The position numbers were made by a program, and so were the translations under genes. A model generated the notes under the pieces. That model saw only the letters and a list, made by a program, of their open reading frames with translations, had not been told where the DNA came from and did no database searches. DNA of 64,000 bases, taken from contig NC_135670.1 of the NCBI RefSeq assembly GCF_964188315.1, positions 15,748,001 through 15,812,000 on the forward strand, in the 5' to 3' direction. The stretch comes from Podarcis muralis. Taxonomy: Eukaryota. This document shows positions 35,201-47,923 of this stretch, in pieces; positions within the stretch are counted from its first letter, which is position 1; each line of letters begins with the position of its first letter.

Positions 35201-38200
35201 TTCTACTCATGTAAAAACACACTGATTCCTGATTTAGAAGGTGATTGGGCCGGATCCAGCCCCCGGGCCTTAGTTTGCCTACCCACGGCCTAGAGTGACA
35301 AGGCTTTGCAATGGCCCACTCAGCACTCGGACTCAAATGGGCTACAGAGGTGGTCCTGGCCAGACTGGGGGAAGGAACGGTGCGCTCTGGACGTGCGCAG
35401 GGCCTTTAGGATCTTCCACAGGTGCACAGAGAAAATGCGCCAGTCAGAGGTCAGATTGTTTCCCCTCCTATCCAGTTCCAAGAGGCATAAGCCCCCCCTC
35501 CCCATTTGTCATTGTAACGACTCGCCTTCATGAGTCCTTACAAGCTAAGCCTTAGCCGAGGCCTCCTTTGGGAGGTGAACACCATAAAAGGTACAGCCTG
35601 CGGCGGCTCACATCCAGTCTGGAAACTGCTGAGATAAATCCCATATAGGCTGCGTTACAGCAGTCCAGGCAGGAGGTCACTAGAGTGCGGACAACTGGGG
35701 CCAGGATGTCCTGATCTAGGACTGGCCACAAATCTGGCTCAGCTGGGCATCGTCAGGGATTGGACTCAAGAGGGCGAGATGGATCATTCCCCCCACCCAC
35801 CCCCTTTATGACGCTGCAGAATAAGAGGGATGTAGAATCGATTTATAGCAGGAGTTTGTGGAAAGTCACAGCTCAGATGAACAGAAGAGTTGGGAAGGGC
35901 TAGAAGAAGGGGGGTGGGAATTGTGGCAGGGCAGCCAAGTGACACATTGTCATCGGAGGGTATTTCTGATCCCCCTTCTCCCAGAACTCAGCGGGCAGGA
36001 ACAAAGGAATCAAAGACGTTTGACCACAAGCGGCCACCGTAAAGGGAGATGCTGTTGCTAGGAAGGAGGGAGGAGGAGCCCAGTTTGGAGCAACGCCATT
36101 ATTAAGGCTTGCTGCGTTCTTTTGTCTCTCACTACAGTGGTACCATGGGATGCAGGTGGCGCTGTGGGTTAAACCACAGAGCCTAGGACTTGCCAATCAG
36201 AAGGTCGGCGCTTTGAATACCCGCGACGAGGTGAGCTCCCGTTGCTCAGTCCCTGCTCCTGCCAACCTAGCAGTTCGAAAGCACGTCAAAGTGCAAGTAG
36301 ATAAATAGGTACCGCTCCGGTGGGAAGGTAAACGCCATTTTCATGTGCTGCTCTGGTTCGCCAGAAGCGGCTTAGTCATGCTGGCCACATGACCCGGAAG
36401 CTGTATGCCGGCTCCCTCAGCTAATAAAGCAAGATGAGCGCTGCAACCCCAGAGTCTGCCACGACTGGACCTAATGGTCAGGGGTCCCTTTACCTTTTTA
36501 CAGTGGTACCTCGGGTTAAGTACTTAATTCATTCTGGAGGTCCATTCTTAACCTGAAACTGTTCTTAACCTGAAGCACCACCTTAGCTAATGGGGCCTCC
36601 TGCTGCTGCCACGTCGCTGGAGAACAATTTCTGTTCTCATCCTGAAGCAAATTTCTTAACCCAAGGTACTATTTCTGGGTTAGTGGAGCCTGTAACCTGA
36701 AGCGTATGTAACCTGAAGCGCATGTAACCCGAGGTACCACTGTATTATGATTGTAAAACTCATGAAAAAGGGCTCTACCTTTGTTTTCTCTGCTCTTGCT
36801 GCAACAGGGGGAGGAATAGCTTTCCCGAAACCTTGACAGGTATAGGCACTCCTGGTTGCAAAAGCCACTTGGGAGTCCAGGGACAATTTGGAATCTAGGA
36901 GTATCCCCCGGGCAACCAACCTGGCCCTTCAGGGGGAGTGCAACCCCTCCCAGGAAATACACCTAATTCCTGGACACTGGAACCGCCCAGCCACCACACT
37001 TCCATCCTTACAGGTTTCAGCCTCGGTTTATTGGTCCCCAAGCTGTCCATCACTGCCAGCAGACACCTGCCCAGCCTCTCCTCCTTCTGATGGTATGGAG
37101 AGATACAGGTGTTTGCAACCAGCATACCTGCTCCCAGTCCCCGGGTGACAGCTCCCAAGGGTTTCATACAGGTGTTAAATAGTGTGGGAGACAGGCCATG
37201 GAGCTGGGTAACCCTCTCCTACTTTCTGGCAGTGGCCCTGTAGGTAGGGACAGAACCTCTCTGCAAGGCAGCACCATCCATCTCCCACCTGCCCAGGTCA
37301 CTCCAGAAGGACACCAGTGGTGTCAAAAGCCACTGAGAGGTCGAGGAGGACCACCAGGGCCACACACCCCCTGCCTTCCTTACCCAAATGAGCAGTGTTA
37401 AAAATCTTATCCAAATCTCCAGCCAGACCCACTTTTGCCACCGTTGAAATGTGGCCCCTGGAAGGTTATCTACATAAGGTTGTGGCCCTCAGGCTGTTAA
37501 TAGGTTCAGCTGTTTTAAATCCACCAGCACCCCATCATTGCAAGGGCCCCCACTGCTCCCTGTGGGGGTGAGGAGAGGGAGAAGGGACGGGAAAAGAAGA
37601 AAAAATGTCTCCTAGTTGTCCTACCCATCTCTTCTCCAAAAATACCCTTATCATGGTCTCTGCTCAAGTAAGGAAAAAAATTAAAGACCATGCCTGAGCA
37701 TGTGCAGAGTGCCTTTCTCCCCATGAGGAAAACAGAACACAAACTAGATCCACAACTTGTCTCGTTTTATGCCCAAAGCTCTGGAAGACTGTACCTTCCT
37801 CCTCCGTTCGTGGCTGCAGGGCACCACACTCCTCGCTCGCTGCCTCCGGAGTAACACCAGGGTTCTGCTGCTCCAAATCCAGGCCTCCCTGTTTGGAGTC
37901 CAGGAGCAGCTGCTCATCCACAGATCCCAGAGCATCCTCCGCTGGCTCCACTCCTTCCGAGGATGGCGGCACTGGGATCAGAGGGGGAGGCAGAGAGGGC
38001 AGGTCGCGGGTCTCCAGAGGTCTCCTCCCCTCCCCACTCTGCAAGACAGAAGCAGCAGAGAGTGGGTCCAAATGTCGGCTGGGCGGGGGGTGGGGTGGGG
38101 TTCCTTTATTTGAGGACCAGGGCAAAACTTCAGACAAGGACCCAGTGCCACTTTTGCAACCAAGGAGGGACCCAGGAACACAACTCCAAAGATGGTTTTA

Positions 38201-38617
38201 GCATTTTTGGAATGGTAGTGGCAGTGGGCAGGGAGACCACTTGGAAATTGCTGTGGGGTGTGTGGGGGGGATGTCTTGGTGGGCCCATAAACTATGTGTT
38301 TCCTTATTCACACAGCACAGAGTTAAACTACGGAACTCCCTCCCACAGGAGGCAGGGATGGCCCCCAACCTGAAGCACCTTTAGAGAAAAAGGTGGGATA
38401 TAAATAAATAGATGCAGTAAATAAATAAAACCTGCCCAGCCAAAAATACCCGAAAGAACTCCTTCAGCTGAGGGCTGTTGTTCAAGGCTGGGATGTCCAC
38501 AGTGAAGCGTAGCATGACCTCAGCCGCTTTCCGCCGCTCCTCAATCACCTCAGGCTCAAATCGGCCTGCAAAGAAGAGGAACAGATTCAAATCGTGTGTG
38601 AGGGGATCAGAGAACAC

Positions 38618-38661
<44 letters not shown>

Positions 38662-41347
38662 CGCTCTTGTGTACTAGCTACAACGACCCTGAAGCAATCC
38701 ACAAGAGGCCTCCGTTTTTCCGGCCTAGCAAAAATTCACCAGAACCCAAAACTTTCAGCTGCAGACCCTCAAAAATGGAATCTGGTGGGGCTGAACGATG
38801 GGAGATTGGAGGCAGGCAAAATGAGGCACACCTTCACATAATTTAGCTATGGAATTTGCTACCACAAGATATTGTGATTGCCCCCCCCCCCAATTTAAAT
38901 GGTTTTTAAAAACAGATTACTGGGAATCACAAGTTCAGGTCCTAGACTGGGGCAACCCAGAAGGGTAAGGTACAAGTAATTTATTATTATCCTCATCATT
39001 ATTATTTTAGCCTCTGGAGCAGCGGGAAGAAAGCTTCCATGTTACAGCCGTTTAGCCACCTTCAAATATCTGAAGGGCTGGCACTTGGAAGATGGAGCAA
39101 GCTTGTTTTCTGCTTCGCCAGAGCGGAGGACTTGAACCAATGGATTAAAATGGCAAGAAAAAAGATACCCCGGCTAAATTAAACATTAGGAAGAACTTTC
39201 CGAGGGTAGGAGCTGTTTTGACAGTGGAAGGGACGCCCTCTGAAAGTGGTGACTTCTCCTTCAATGGAGGTTTTTAAAGTGAGGTCGGGCAGCTATTTGT
39301 CAGAGATTCTTTAGCTGGGATTCCTGCATTGCAGAGAGCTGGACAAGATGACACTGCGGGGGTGGGGTGCCTTCCAATTCCATGTTTCCAATTCCATATT
39401 TTGCTTGGCTCCTGCTCAGGGGCTTCCCAGAAGGGGCGTCTGGCTGACCCCCATGGGGATGGGATGTCAGATCAGATGTGCCCCTCTTTTGGCTCGACCC
39501 AGCAGCTGCCCATCTCCCACCCAGCCGGAGACCCTCACCAAAGACGTGAGCCTTGGGGAAGGGGGGGAAATCCTCCAGTCGACGGAAGAGGTTGCGATGC
39601 GTGTACGCCAGGTCCCCGTGCAGCTTCTTGAAGTCACTGTACCGTTTCCAGACCACGATCTGTAGGAAGGAAGAGGCATGAGGACCGTGCTTGGAGTCCC
39701 CTCTCTCCTGTGGAAGATCTACGAAGCTGCTTCAGAGTCAGACCAATGGCCCACCTACTGCAGCTAAATACTGCCCACACAGTACTGCCCACAGAGAGCC
39801 AGTGTGGTGTAGTGGTTAGGAGCAGTAGACTCGTAATCTGGGTTCGGGTCTCCGCTCCTCCACATGCAGCTGCTGGGTGACCTTGGGCTAGTCACACTTC
39901 TCTGAAGTCTCTCAGCCCCACTCACCTCACAGAGTGTTTGTTGTGGGGGAGGAAGGGAAAGGAGAATGTTAGCCACTCTGCTTTGAGACTCTTTCGGGTA
40001 GTGATAAAGCGGGATATCAAATCCAAACTCTTCTTCTTCACACCAGTAGTTCCCAAACCTTATGGGTCCCACAAACTCCTCCCCGGTGCTCCCTACCCTA
40101 TCTATCAGAAAGCACTGCTCAGAATAGCACTTTGCATGACCCACTGAGGACAAAATCCCAAACGGCAACCGTTAATTCACATTTGTTCGAAATCCAGTTA
40201 AACACCACTTTTGTTTAATTATCTCAACAGAACCGAGGAACCTGACCCAAGTCTGGGAGGTATGTGCACCACCAGCACTCCGGCGTCCCAGAATCACCCT
40301 AGGTAATCCCATTGCCCCCGGGTACCATCTGCTTTGTGAAACTTTGTCTTGAGCTCCTTGGAGGCATGACAGGGTAGAAACAAAATGGGTAACATTTCTG
40401 AAGTGGCTGGCAAGGCCCACCCTCCCACCCTGCCTGGGTCACCCAGCAGGGACCTACCTCCTTGACATCTTCTGGGTTCACCTTTGAGACAAACTGGAAA
40501 GGGGACAAAAAGTGAGATTTTGAGCATGAGAAAGGGATTTGCAGCCAGCAAGGGGTACGTGTGTGTGTGTGTGTGTGTGTGTGTGTTGGAGGGGGCACGT
40601 TCTTTTCCTCCTGCACCAAGGAAGGTGGGGTTTCCTTGGGGCATCTTCCTTGGGGTGGAGTGTGCACTATGATCTCTATGCTCTCCAGAAAACTGGCAGG
40701 AAGTATTTTTAAAAGATAAACAAACCAGGCATATAGGGAAGAAAAAGCCTCGCTGAAGATCTGTTTCACACACCTATTGGGAGTTCTTTGAAAGGGACAA
40801 CAAGCATCTCGATTCATCTGTATTTGACATAGTGTATTTGGGACTTTCAAAAATCTTCTGATAAGGTACCTCACCCAAGACTCCTGAGTAAGCTTAGCAG
40901 TCAAGGAATAAGAGGCTTGAATCCTGCTTGCAGGTTTCTCTTTGGGGCAACTGGTTGGCCACTGTGAGAACAGGATGCTGGACTAGATGGGCCCACCATG
41001 GCCTGATCCAGAAAGCTCTTCTCAGGTTCTCCCAACAGACCCCCCTACTCCCTGTTTTAGGGGTCTCCAGTATCCAGAGATCTCTGCCATTCGTGAGACA
41101 CAGCTGAACCCCCAAGGGCAGAGCAGAGAGCAGGGTGTGGGCACAAATACCAGAGCTGAGGCCCACTCTGGGCCAGAAGGCTGTCATTATTTCCAGGTTA
41201 AGGAGAGAGAATGGGAGCTGTTATCCTAGCGGGATGTACTCAAGAGTTCAATGAAACTTACAGGGATGCATGCAGGATTGCAGCCATGTAGCCTGCAATA
41301 GTGCTACCTTATACCAAGTCAGACCAACTCAGTACTGCCGACGCTGA

Positions 41348-41388
<41 letters not shown>

Positions 41389-41873
41389 TCTTTGGGATTT
41401 CAGGCCAGCAGGCAGGGCTCTCTCCCAGACCTACCTGGAGATCGAACCTGGGATGCTCTGCTTGCAAGGCGGCCGCTTTTTCACCGCGCTACGGCCCTTC
41501 CTGTGTGTCTACTCAGACGTAAGCCCCACTGAGCTCAGTTGGGTTTACTTCCAGGTAAAAGCAAGAAGGGAGAACCAGAAGCCCTCTGCAAGGAGAGCAA
41601 GCCCACCCTAAGCTGGAAGCCACCGCCCCTTTGCCCGCGCTGAGCTTGCACTCTGCACATGCACAGAGGCTCGACGTCCAGCGAACAGGTGCAGCGGATT
41701 CATCTAGGCGGTGAGCATCTAGGCGGCTCCCCAGGTACGGCGTCTCCCCTTCCCTGCAGCAGCCGCTTCCTCACCTTGGCAGTCACTTTGTACTCGGTGT
41801 AGCCCTTGGGGTGGCTGCGGTGCTCGGTCACCGTGTAGTGCCGCTGGTACTCTTCCTTCACCCGGCGGGACAT
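32275..41873 (-). CDS. SNX15: Sorting nexin 15, 382 aa; exons 41873-41775, 40493-40458, 39659-39539, 38565-38450, 38038-37795, 34926-34762, 33362-33102, 32381-32275
   Basis: MSRRVKEEYQRHYTVTEHRSHPKGYTEYKVTAK, PX domain WKRYSDFKKLHGDL, GPLSLQELALFDPFSKE, and MIT domain ending VKKKTAEYLQRAEEI. All GT-AG junctions are phase-consistent; total 1149 nt. Confidence 0.96.
33680..34013. mobile_element. Young hAT MITE, perfect 15-bp TIRs, 8-bp TSD
   Basis: TIR caggggtctgcaacc / ggttgcagacccctg; TSD gcctacac at 33672-33679 and 34014-34021. Confidence 0.93.
34050..34500 (-). mobile_element. L2 LINE fragment
   Basis: KLDYCNVLCVGLPLGLVRKLQLVQNAATRLL is the L2 RT C-terminal motif. Confidence 0.85.
34989..35287. 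mobile_element. hAT MITE with internal tandem duplication
   Basis: TSD gcctagag at 34981-34988 and 35288-35295; the block ccccacaaataacccagagatg...catgtaaaaacac occurs twice. Confidence 0.88.
36147..36498 (+). mobile_element. Sauria SINE inserted at the terminus of a MITE
   Basis: TSD tacagtggtacc at 36133-36144 and 36499-36510. Confidence 0.92.
36501..36742. mobile_element. Tc1/mariner-like MITE
   Basis: TIR cagtggtacctcgggtt / aacccgaggtaccactg, TA-flanked. Confidence 0.88.
39794..40030 (+). mobile_element. tRNA-derived MIR/L2-type SINE
   Basis: gagagccagtgtggtgtagtggttagg head; body matches the 31688 copy. Confidence 0.85.
41352..41387 (+). repeat. (CAG)12 microsatellite in SNX15 intron 1
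   Basis: Counted directly. Confidence 0.95.
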
Positions 41874-42130
41874 CCTGCCGCCCCTCCGGGCGCTGCGGCC
41901 CCTTTAAATCCAGGACCGCCGGGCTGGGCGGCTCCTGCCCTCCTTTTGCTCTGGCGCCCGGACTCCCCCCCCCCGCAGTGCGCATGCGCGGCCCGTTGGC
42001 CGCTCCCATTGCCTAATACTCCAGGGACGAGGGAGCGTCTTCCAAGTGCAAGCCGGGACAGCACGCGTCAGGGCTCCTCTGCAAAGTGCCCGACGCGCAT
42101 TGCGTCCTGCTGCAAGACTAAGGGAGCAGA
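41700..42130 (-). promoter_or_regulatory. CpG island / SNX15 promoter
   Basis: CpG-dense; NRF1-like gcgcatgcgc near 41980-41989 and CCAAT (ccaacgg/attg context) upstream of ATG 41873. Confidence 0.7.
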
Positions 42131-42957
42131 ATAGGGTGGGGCTCACTGGGCCTGCAGAGTTTATGCTGGACACGTTTTGCATAGTAAGCCTGGAGTGGGC
42201 AGTCAATCCTGCGAGAAGGAAGCTCCATCTGTCTTCCAAGGGGACCAAGTTTGCAGGAGGCTGAGGCGCCTGAGGTTTAAGGAGGACCAGCTTAAGTTGC
42301 TTCTTTAATGAGAAATAGAGGAGCGGGGATTTTTTTCCTGCAAAAATTTGAATATTAAAATTACTTTTTCTTCCTCTTAGACAAATAGTATCACCAATGA
42401 AATATGGGCTAGCAGAGGTGTGTGTGTGTGTCCCCCCGATTCTTTCCTTTGCATTTTTTGTCATTCCCCTGGATTTCCAGACCATCCCTCTCTCCTCACA
42501 TTCACCTCCCTTGTTCCTGCCCTGTCATTTACTCTCTTATTCTTATTTACTTGCTATTTAACAAGATGTTATATACCACTCGTAGTAAACCTCTATAAAC
42601 TGTATACAATAAATATTAAAATTATCAATAATAGTGTTTAATACTCTTAAAAATAATCCAAAGCAACATGTCAGCATCTAGATATCTGGATTGGCCCCTA
42701 AAACAGGGAGTAGGGTGTGGGCAAAGGTGGGAGAATCTGAGATAGGCTTGCCTAAATTAAAACGTTTTCAGCCTGCACCCAAAAGGAGGACAGTGAAGAC
42801 GCACGCTTGCCTGATGTCCGTAGGCAGGAAAATGTAAGCTGCCGCACTAAGTCTGATAGTTTGCAAACATTTTTGCTGCTGTTGTTAGAAAATGTTCCAG
42901 GGTGCAGCAGTGGTTTCAGGTTGAGGGGGGAAAGCTCACAACAGTCTTTGGCAACTC

Positions 42958-43640
42958 GCACCTGGCTTGAGAGCAGTACATGTTAAAAGGATCTAGGAGT
43001 CTTGGTTGACCACAAACTTGACATGAGCCAACAGTGTGACGCGGCAGCTAAAAAAGCCAATGCAATTCTGGGCTGCATCAATAGGAGTATAGCATCTAGA
43101 TCAAGGGAAGTAATAGTGCCACTGTATTCTGCTCTGGTCAGACCTCACCTGGAGTACTGTGTCCAGTTCAAGAAGGACACTGACAAACTGGAACGTGTCC
43201 AGAGGAGGGCAACCAAAATGGTCAAAGGCCTGGAAACGATGCCTTATGAGGAACGGCTAAGGGAGCTGGGCATGTTTAGCCTGGAGAAGATGAGGTTAAG
43301 GGGTGATATGATAGCCATGTTCAAATATATAAAAGGATGTCATATAGAGGAAGGGAGAAAGGTTGTTTTCTGCTGCTCCAGAGAAGCGGACATGGAGCAA
43401 TGGATCCAAACTACAAGAAAGAAGATTCCACCTAAACATTAGGAAGAACTTCCTGACAGTAAGAGCTGTTCGACAGTGGAATTTGCTGCCAAGGAGTGTG
43501 GTGGAGTCTCCTTCTTTGGAGGTCTTTAAGCAGAGGCTTGACAACCATATGTCAGGAGTGCTCTGATGGTGTTTCCTGCTTGGCAGGGGGTTGGACTCGA
43601 TGGCCCTTGTGGTCTATTCCAACTCTATGATTCTATGATT
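42958..43640 (+). mobile_element. Young CR1 LINE 3' fragment
   Basis: Near-identical to 7054-7729, with a 15-nt deletion between cagttc repeats and a 1-nt frameshift. Confidence 0.95.
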
Positions 43641-44379
43641 CCCCATAGGGTGAAAAGCCAGCTTACTGCTACTAGTACCAATCTATTCTTGCTCTGCCTG
43701 ACATCTTTGTGAGGACTGCTCTTTGCCATTTGTGGAGGTAAAATTATGCATTTGTTTTTTAGTATTTGGGGGGAAATATTTAAGGTTCCTCACAGGGTTG
43801 TTGCACAGGGAGAACCGTGAATTTGCCACCTTGAGCTTTTTGGATAATAAATTAATAATAATGAACGTCTGGAGGGCACCACACTGGCAACCCGTGGCCT
43901 AGGGAGCAAGTGAGAAGAAAACCTTGGCAGTTAGATTTCCTCCAGCACAAGCCTGAGGAGATTTCCGTCCCCACACAAGGCAGAGGAATCCCCAGCCATC
44001 CATACTGGGACAAAGACAACCAGTCAGGCTGCTCCGGGGCCTAGGAACCTGTCCACTGTGCCAGTCCTGAGAGCCACAACAACAGCTTTATTGGCATGTT
44101 CTTAATATGATATGATCCCGTACAGAGAACTGGGGTGTTGGGGAGACCCCGAACATACACCTTCATTGTCCTTCCGCAGGCGGGGCCTGGCTCATGGCCT
44201 AGGACAGAAACAAGAGGGGCGCCCCACTCTTGCCCAACATAGCTGAGCAGCTTTCTCGATGAGGGCAGCGCCCAGGAAAGGCCCTTAAAACGCCCAGCAG
44301 GGGAAAACAGTTCCAAGTTATTAAGCCACGCAAAGCAGGTGAGCTGGAGGTGTTTGCGCCTGTTTCCCCCTTCTTCCTC

Positions 44380-47300
44380 TCAGTCTGCGGTGAATATCCG
44401 GCTGGATATATCGTCCAGCAGCCAATCGATACCCACAAGCAGGTTCTCCCCAGTGTAGGCGCTGCAGCCTTGAATGCACCAGTGGTGGCTGTGGATGCTG
44501 TCGAGATCGAGAGCCTGGAAAGAGGCAGAAAGATTGGGGTGGGGTGAGGGCCACGCATCTGGGAAGCTCAAAGGGAAAGCCTGCAGTGGGCCTTGAAACC
44601 AGGCTCAACTGCAGAGGTGGTGGGTAGCACCCAGAAAGGCTACAGGCCAGACACCACGCAGAACAGCCTTCGTAAAGCAGGCTTCTTCCAGATGTTTGGG
44701 ACTACAATTCCCACCAGCCCTGCGCTGGCTAGGGCTGATGTGCTTCCCGACTCCTCCAACTCCAAAAAATACAGTCGTCCGTAATTTTATGCATTCTTGA
44801 CTCATCATGGCTTCTTTTACTCTCTTATTTTAAAAGGCACAATTTGTGTGGGTGAAAATTGTGTTGTGTCCATGCTGTGGTCGTCTAGGTCAGGCATCCC
44901 CAACCTGCGGCCCTCCAGATGTTTTGGGACTACAACTCCCATTATCCCTAGCTAACAGGACCAGTGGTCAGGGATGATGGGAATTGTAGTCCAAAACATC
45001 TGGAGGGCCGAAGGTTGGGGATGCCTGGTCTAGATAATGCTAGGCCATATCTGATGTTTATGGTCTGCTGGCCAAATAAACTGAGCTGAAATTAACTTCC
45101 TCAAAGCCATGAGAGACACCCTCCCACCCTTGGTTTGCCCGGTACCCAAAGCCGCCCCATCTGCTCTCGCCAGGACTGTTAGTGATCCTCACCTCCTGGA
45201 TGGCGCTGGAGCTCAGGGCCCCAGGCAGGTCCTGCTTGTTGGCAAAGATGAGCAAGGTGGCCCCCGCCAGGCGCTGTTGAGACAGAAACAAAGATGTGAC
45301 CTAGGAAGGAGGGAGGCTTATCCCAAGTTGTCCGATTGTTCCACCAAGCTCAGTATGGTCCACACTGGCTGGCAGAGGCTCTCCAGGGTTCTTCTTGGGA
45401 GATGCCAGTGGGAAACGAACCCGGGGCCTTCTGCGTACAAAGCAAGTGCTCTGCCACTGACCTATGACCCTAAAAACAAACTAAGATTCTAGTCCTTGTG
45501 GTACCGGGACTTTCTGCAAGCAGAGTATGCATTGCCTACCGTGAGCTATGGTCCTCGTGATTCTAAATAAAGGGCTGATTTAAAGAGGGACACAGGAAGG
45601 GGCCTTACTCCAAGTCAGGCCAGTGGGCCAGCCAGCCAGTATCGTCTATGGCAGCCATTTTTGACTACAACTCCCAGTGATCACTGGGGCTGATGGGAGG
45701 GCTTGGGGAAGATTGGCCCACCATGACAGGAAGTGGGCAGTGCTTTTTTTTCTGGAGGGATGCAGGGGTACGCATACCCCTAAACATTTTGTGAATCTAA
45801 GTTTGGCCTCATTGAGGGGCAGTATTTCAATATGAGTAGGAAAATGAGAGTACCCCTAAACATTTTTTAAGGGAAAAAAAGCACTGGAAGTGGGTCTCCA
45901 GAGTTTTACTGTTATTATTTTATTAACCACCTTTCATTAGGGCTGGGCGAAATAACGTCCAAAACCGGTTTGAAGTTCATATTGTCATATTGGGTTTCAT
46001 AACTTTTGACCTGGCAATATATCACGAATCATGATATGTGTGTGTGTTCTGCAAAAAACACAATGTGGGAAAAACTGCGAAGCCAGCCAATGCTTCTCCA
46101 TAGCTCCATCCTTATTTCAGACATTGTGATATATCGGTAGTATCCCGATGTTTAGCTGGTGATATATTGTGATGTTGAAAACCAGGTATCACCCAGGCCT
46201 ACCCTTCACCTTAAGATTCCTGAGCAGGTCGCAACATTAAAACACAACCTTAAATACAATTTAAAGCAGATTGCAAACGTAAGAAAAAGGTGTATCCTAA
46301 AAATATACACCTCAGGTGTCAACGGCCAGAGTAAAGAAATGTGTCTTCGGCATTCTCCAAAGCTGTATAATGAAGGTGGCAGTCGCACCTCTGTAGGGAG
46401 GGAGTTCCACAGCTTAGGGGCCACCACAAAGAAGGCCCTCCTCTAGGCTGCCACCCCCAACTGAGGCTCTGGGGGTTGAGGAGCTACCAATGGGACCCCC
46501 CTCTGCCAATATCAGCACCCGAGAGGGTCTGTGGGGAAGGAGGCAACCTTTCAGATATTTGGGGCCTAATAACAACTTGGGCACCTTGAATCAGACCCAG
46601 TAACAAACAGGCATTTTAAGCAGGGGTTTCCACCTGGAGACTGAAGCAGAGAGCTCTTGCATGCCAAGCAAGTGTCCTACCACCCAGCGTCAAATCCCCC
46701 TGCCTGGTTAACCCTTGCAGTGCCAAGGCCAGGCAGAGCGCAAGGTCCACTCTGTCCTCTGCTGCAGAGCAGGTAGGCACTCCCAGCCCCCCTGGGCTCT
46801 TACCTCCTCCACCAGAAGGCTCTGGAGTTCCCTCTTGCAGTCATCTAGGCGCTGGCGGTCAGCGCTGTCCACCACCCAGATGAGGCCATCGGTGCTCTCA
46901 AAGTAGTTCCGCCAGTAGGAGCGCAGGGATTTCTGCCCCCCAACGTCCCAGATGTTCAGCTTGAACCTGCAAAGAGGAGACCCACAGGCAGGTGACAAAG
47001 GGGTGGAGGAAATGGGGGGGGGTCTAGGCGGGCAATGAAGGAGGAAGGGAGGGAGGAATGCAGAGAGGAGCCCCTTCCTCCTGTCACAGCAGCCCCTTGG
47101 CAGCTATGGGGAAAGGGGACGGGATGGAGCCCCTCACCCGCGGTGCTCCAAGGTCTTGATGTTGAAGCCCAGGGTGGGAGAGATGGTGTCGATCTCATCC
47201 CCATTGAACTTCTTCAGGATCGTAGTCTTTCCAGCATTGTCCAGGCCCCTGACATAGGGAGGTGAGTTAAAGGGACACAATTGCAAGAGAGGAGGAGGAG

Positions 47301-47923
47301 GAGGCCTGCTGCACTCCCTCAATTTCCTGCAGGTTTCTTCAGGGAACCTCTAAGCAAGGGGAAAGCCTGCTGCTCAGTGGCAGAGAGAGTGTGCTTTGCA
47401 TGCAAAACATCCCAGGTTTAGTCCTTGCTGGCACCTCCAGGTAGGGCCTGGAACTCTAGAGAGCCGCTGCTGCCAGCCAGTGTAGGCAGTACTGAGATAG
47501 ATGTGCCAATGGTCTGACTGGGTATAACGCAGCTTCCCGTGTTCCTATGCAGTCTGCTAGGAAACTGCTGGCTCTCGCCATATACCCTGCGGGATGCGTG
47601 GACGCGCAGATTCGGCTTGCACGGGCTCTGAGAGGCAAAGGCACTCTGCACACGCACAGAGGCGCCCTTTGCCACTTAGGTTCAGAAGACCCTGAGGATG
47701 CAGCTTAGAAATGCTGCCTGGTCCCCAGCCCTGGCCCTGCTCCACGCCTCGGAACAAAAGGAGGTGGAGGAGGAATGCGAAGCCCCGCGTGGACCCTCGC
47801 CCGGCCCCGCCACCCCTTCCCCTCTCCCTTCGCCCCTCTTCCCCGCGCGGAAGGATACAGCATCAGCAGCCGCAGCTCCCGCTCCTTCTGCTTCATCTTC
47901 TTCAGGATGCTGAGCAGCCCCAT
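44380..47923 (-). CDS. ARL2: ADP-ribosylation factor-like 2, 184 aa; exons 47923-47859, 47248-47138, 46966-46804, 45273-45193, 44514-44380
   Basis: [53 protein letters not shown], ending SSRIFTAD. Exons of 65/111/163/81/135 nt give 555 nt. AATAAA at 44087-44092. Confidence 0.98.
44891..45027. mobile_element. 137-bp palindromic hAT MITE
   Basis: TIR caggcatccccaacct / aggttggggatgcctg; TSD gtctaggt/gtctagat. Confidence 0.88.
47249..47858 (-). other. U12-type (minor spliceosome) GT-AG intron, ARL2 intron 1
   Basis: 5' splice site GTATCCTT. Branch-like TCCCTTTAAC about 17 nt before the AG, with no long polypyrimidine tract. Confidence 0.8.

Noticed and set aside
45455-45470. ctgacctatga, matching the 5' half of miR-192/215
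   Set aside because: The match stops after 11 nt, there is no hairpin, and it lies in a degenerate SINE-like repeat in an ARL2 intron.
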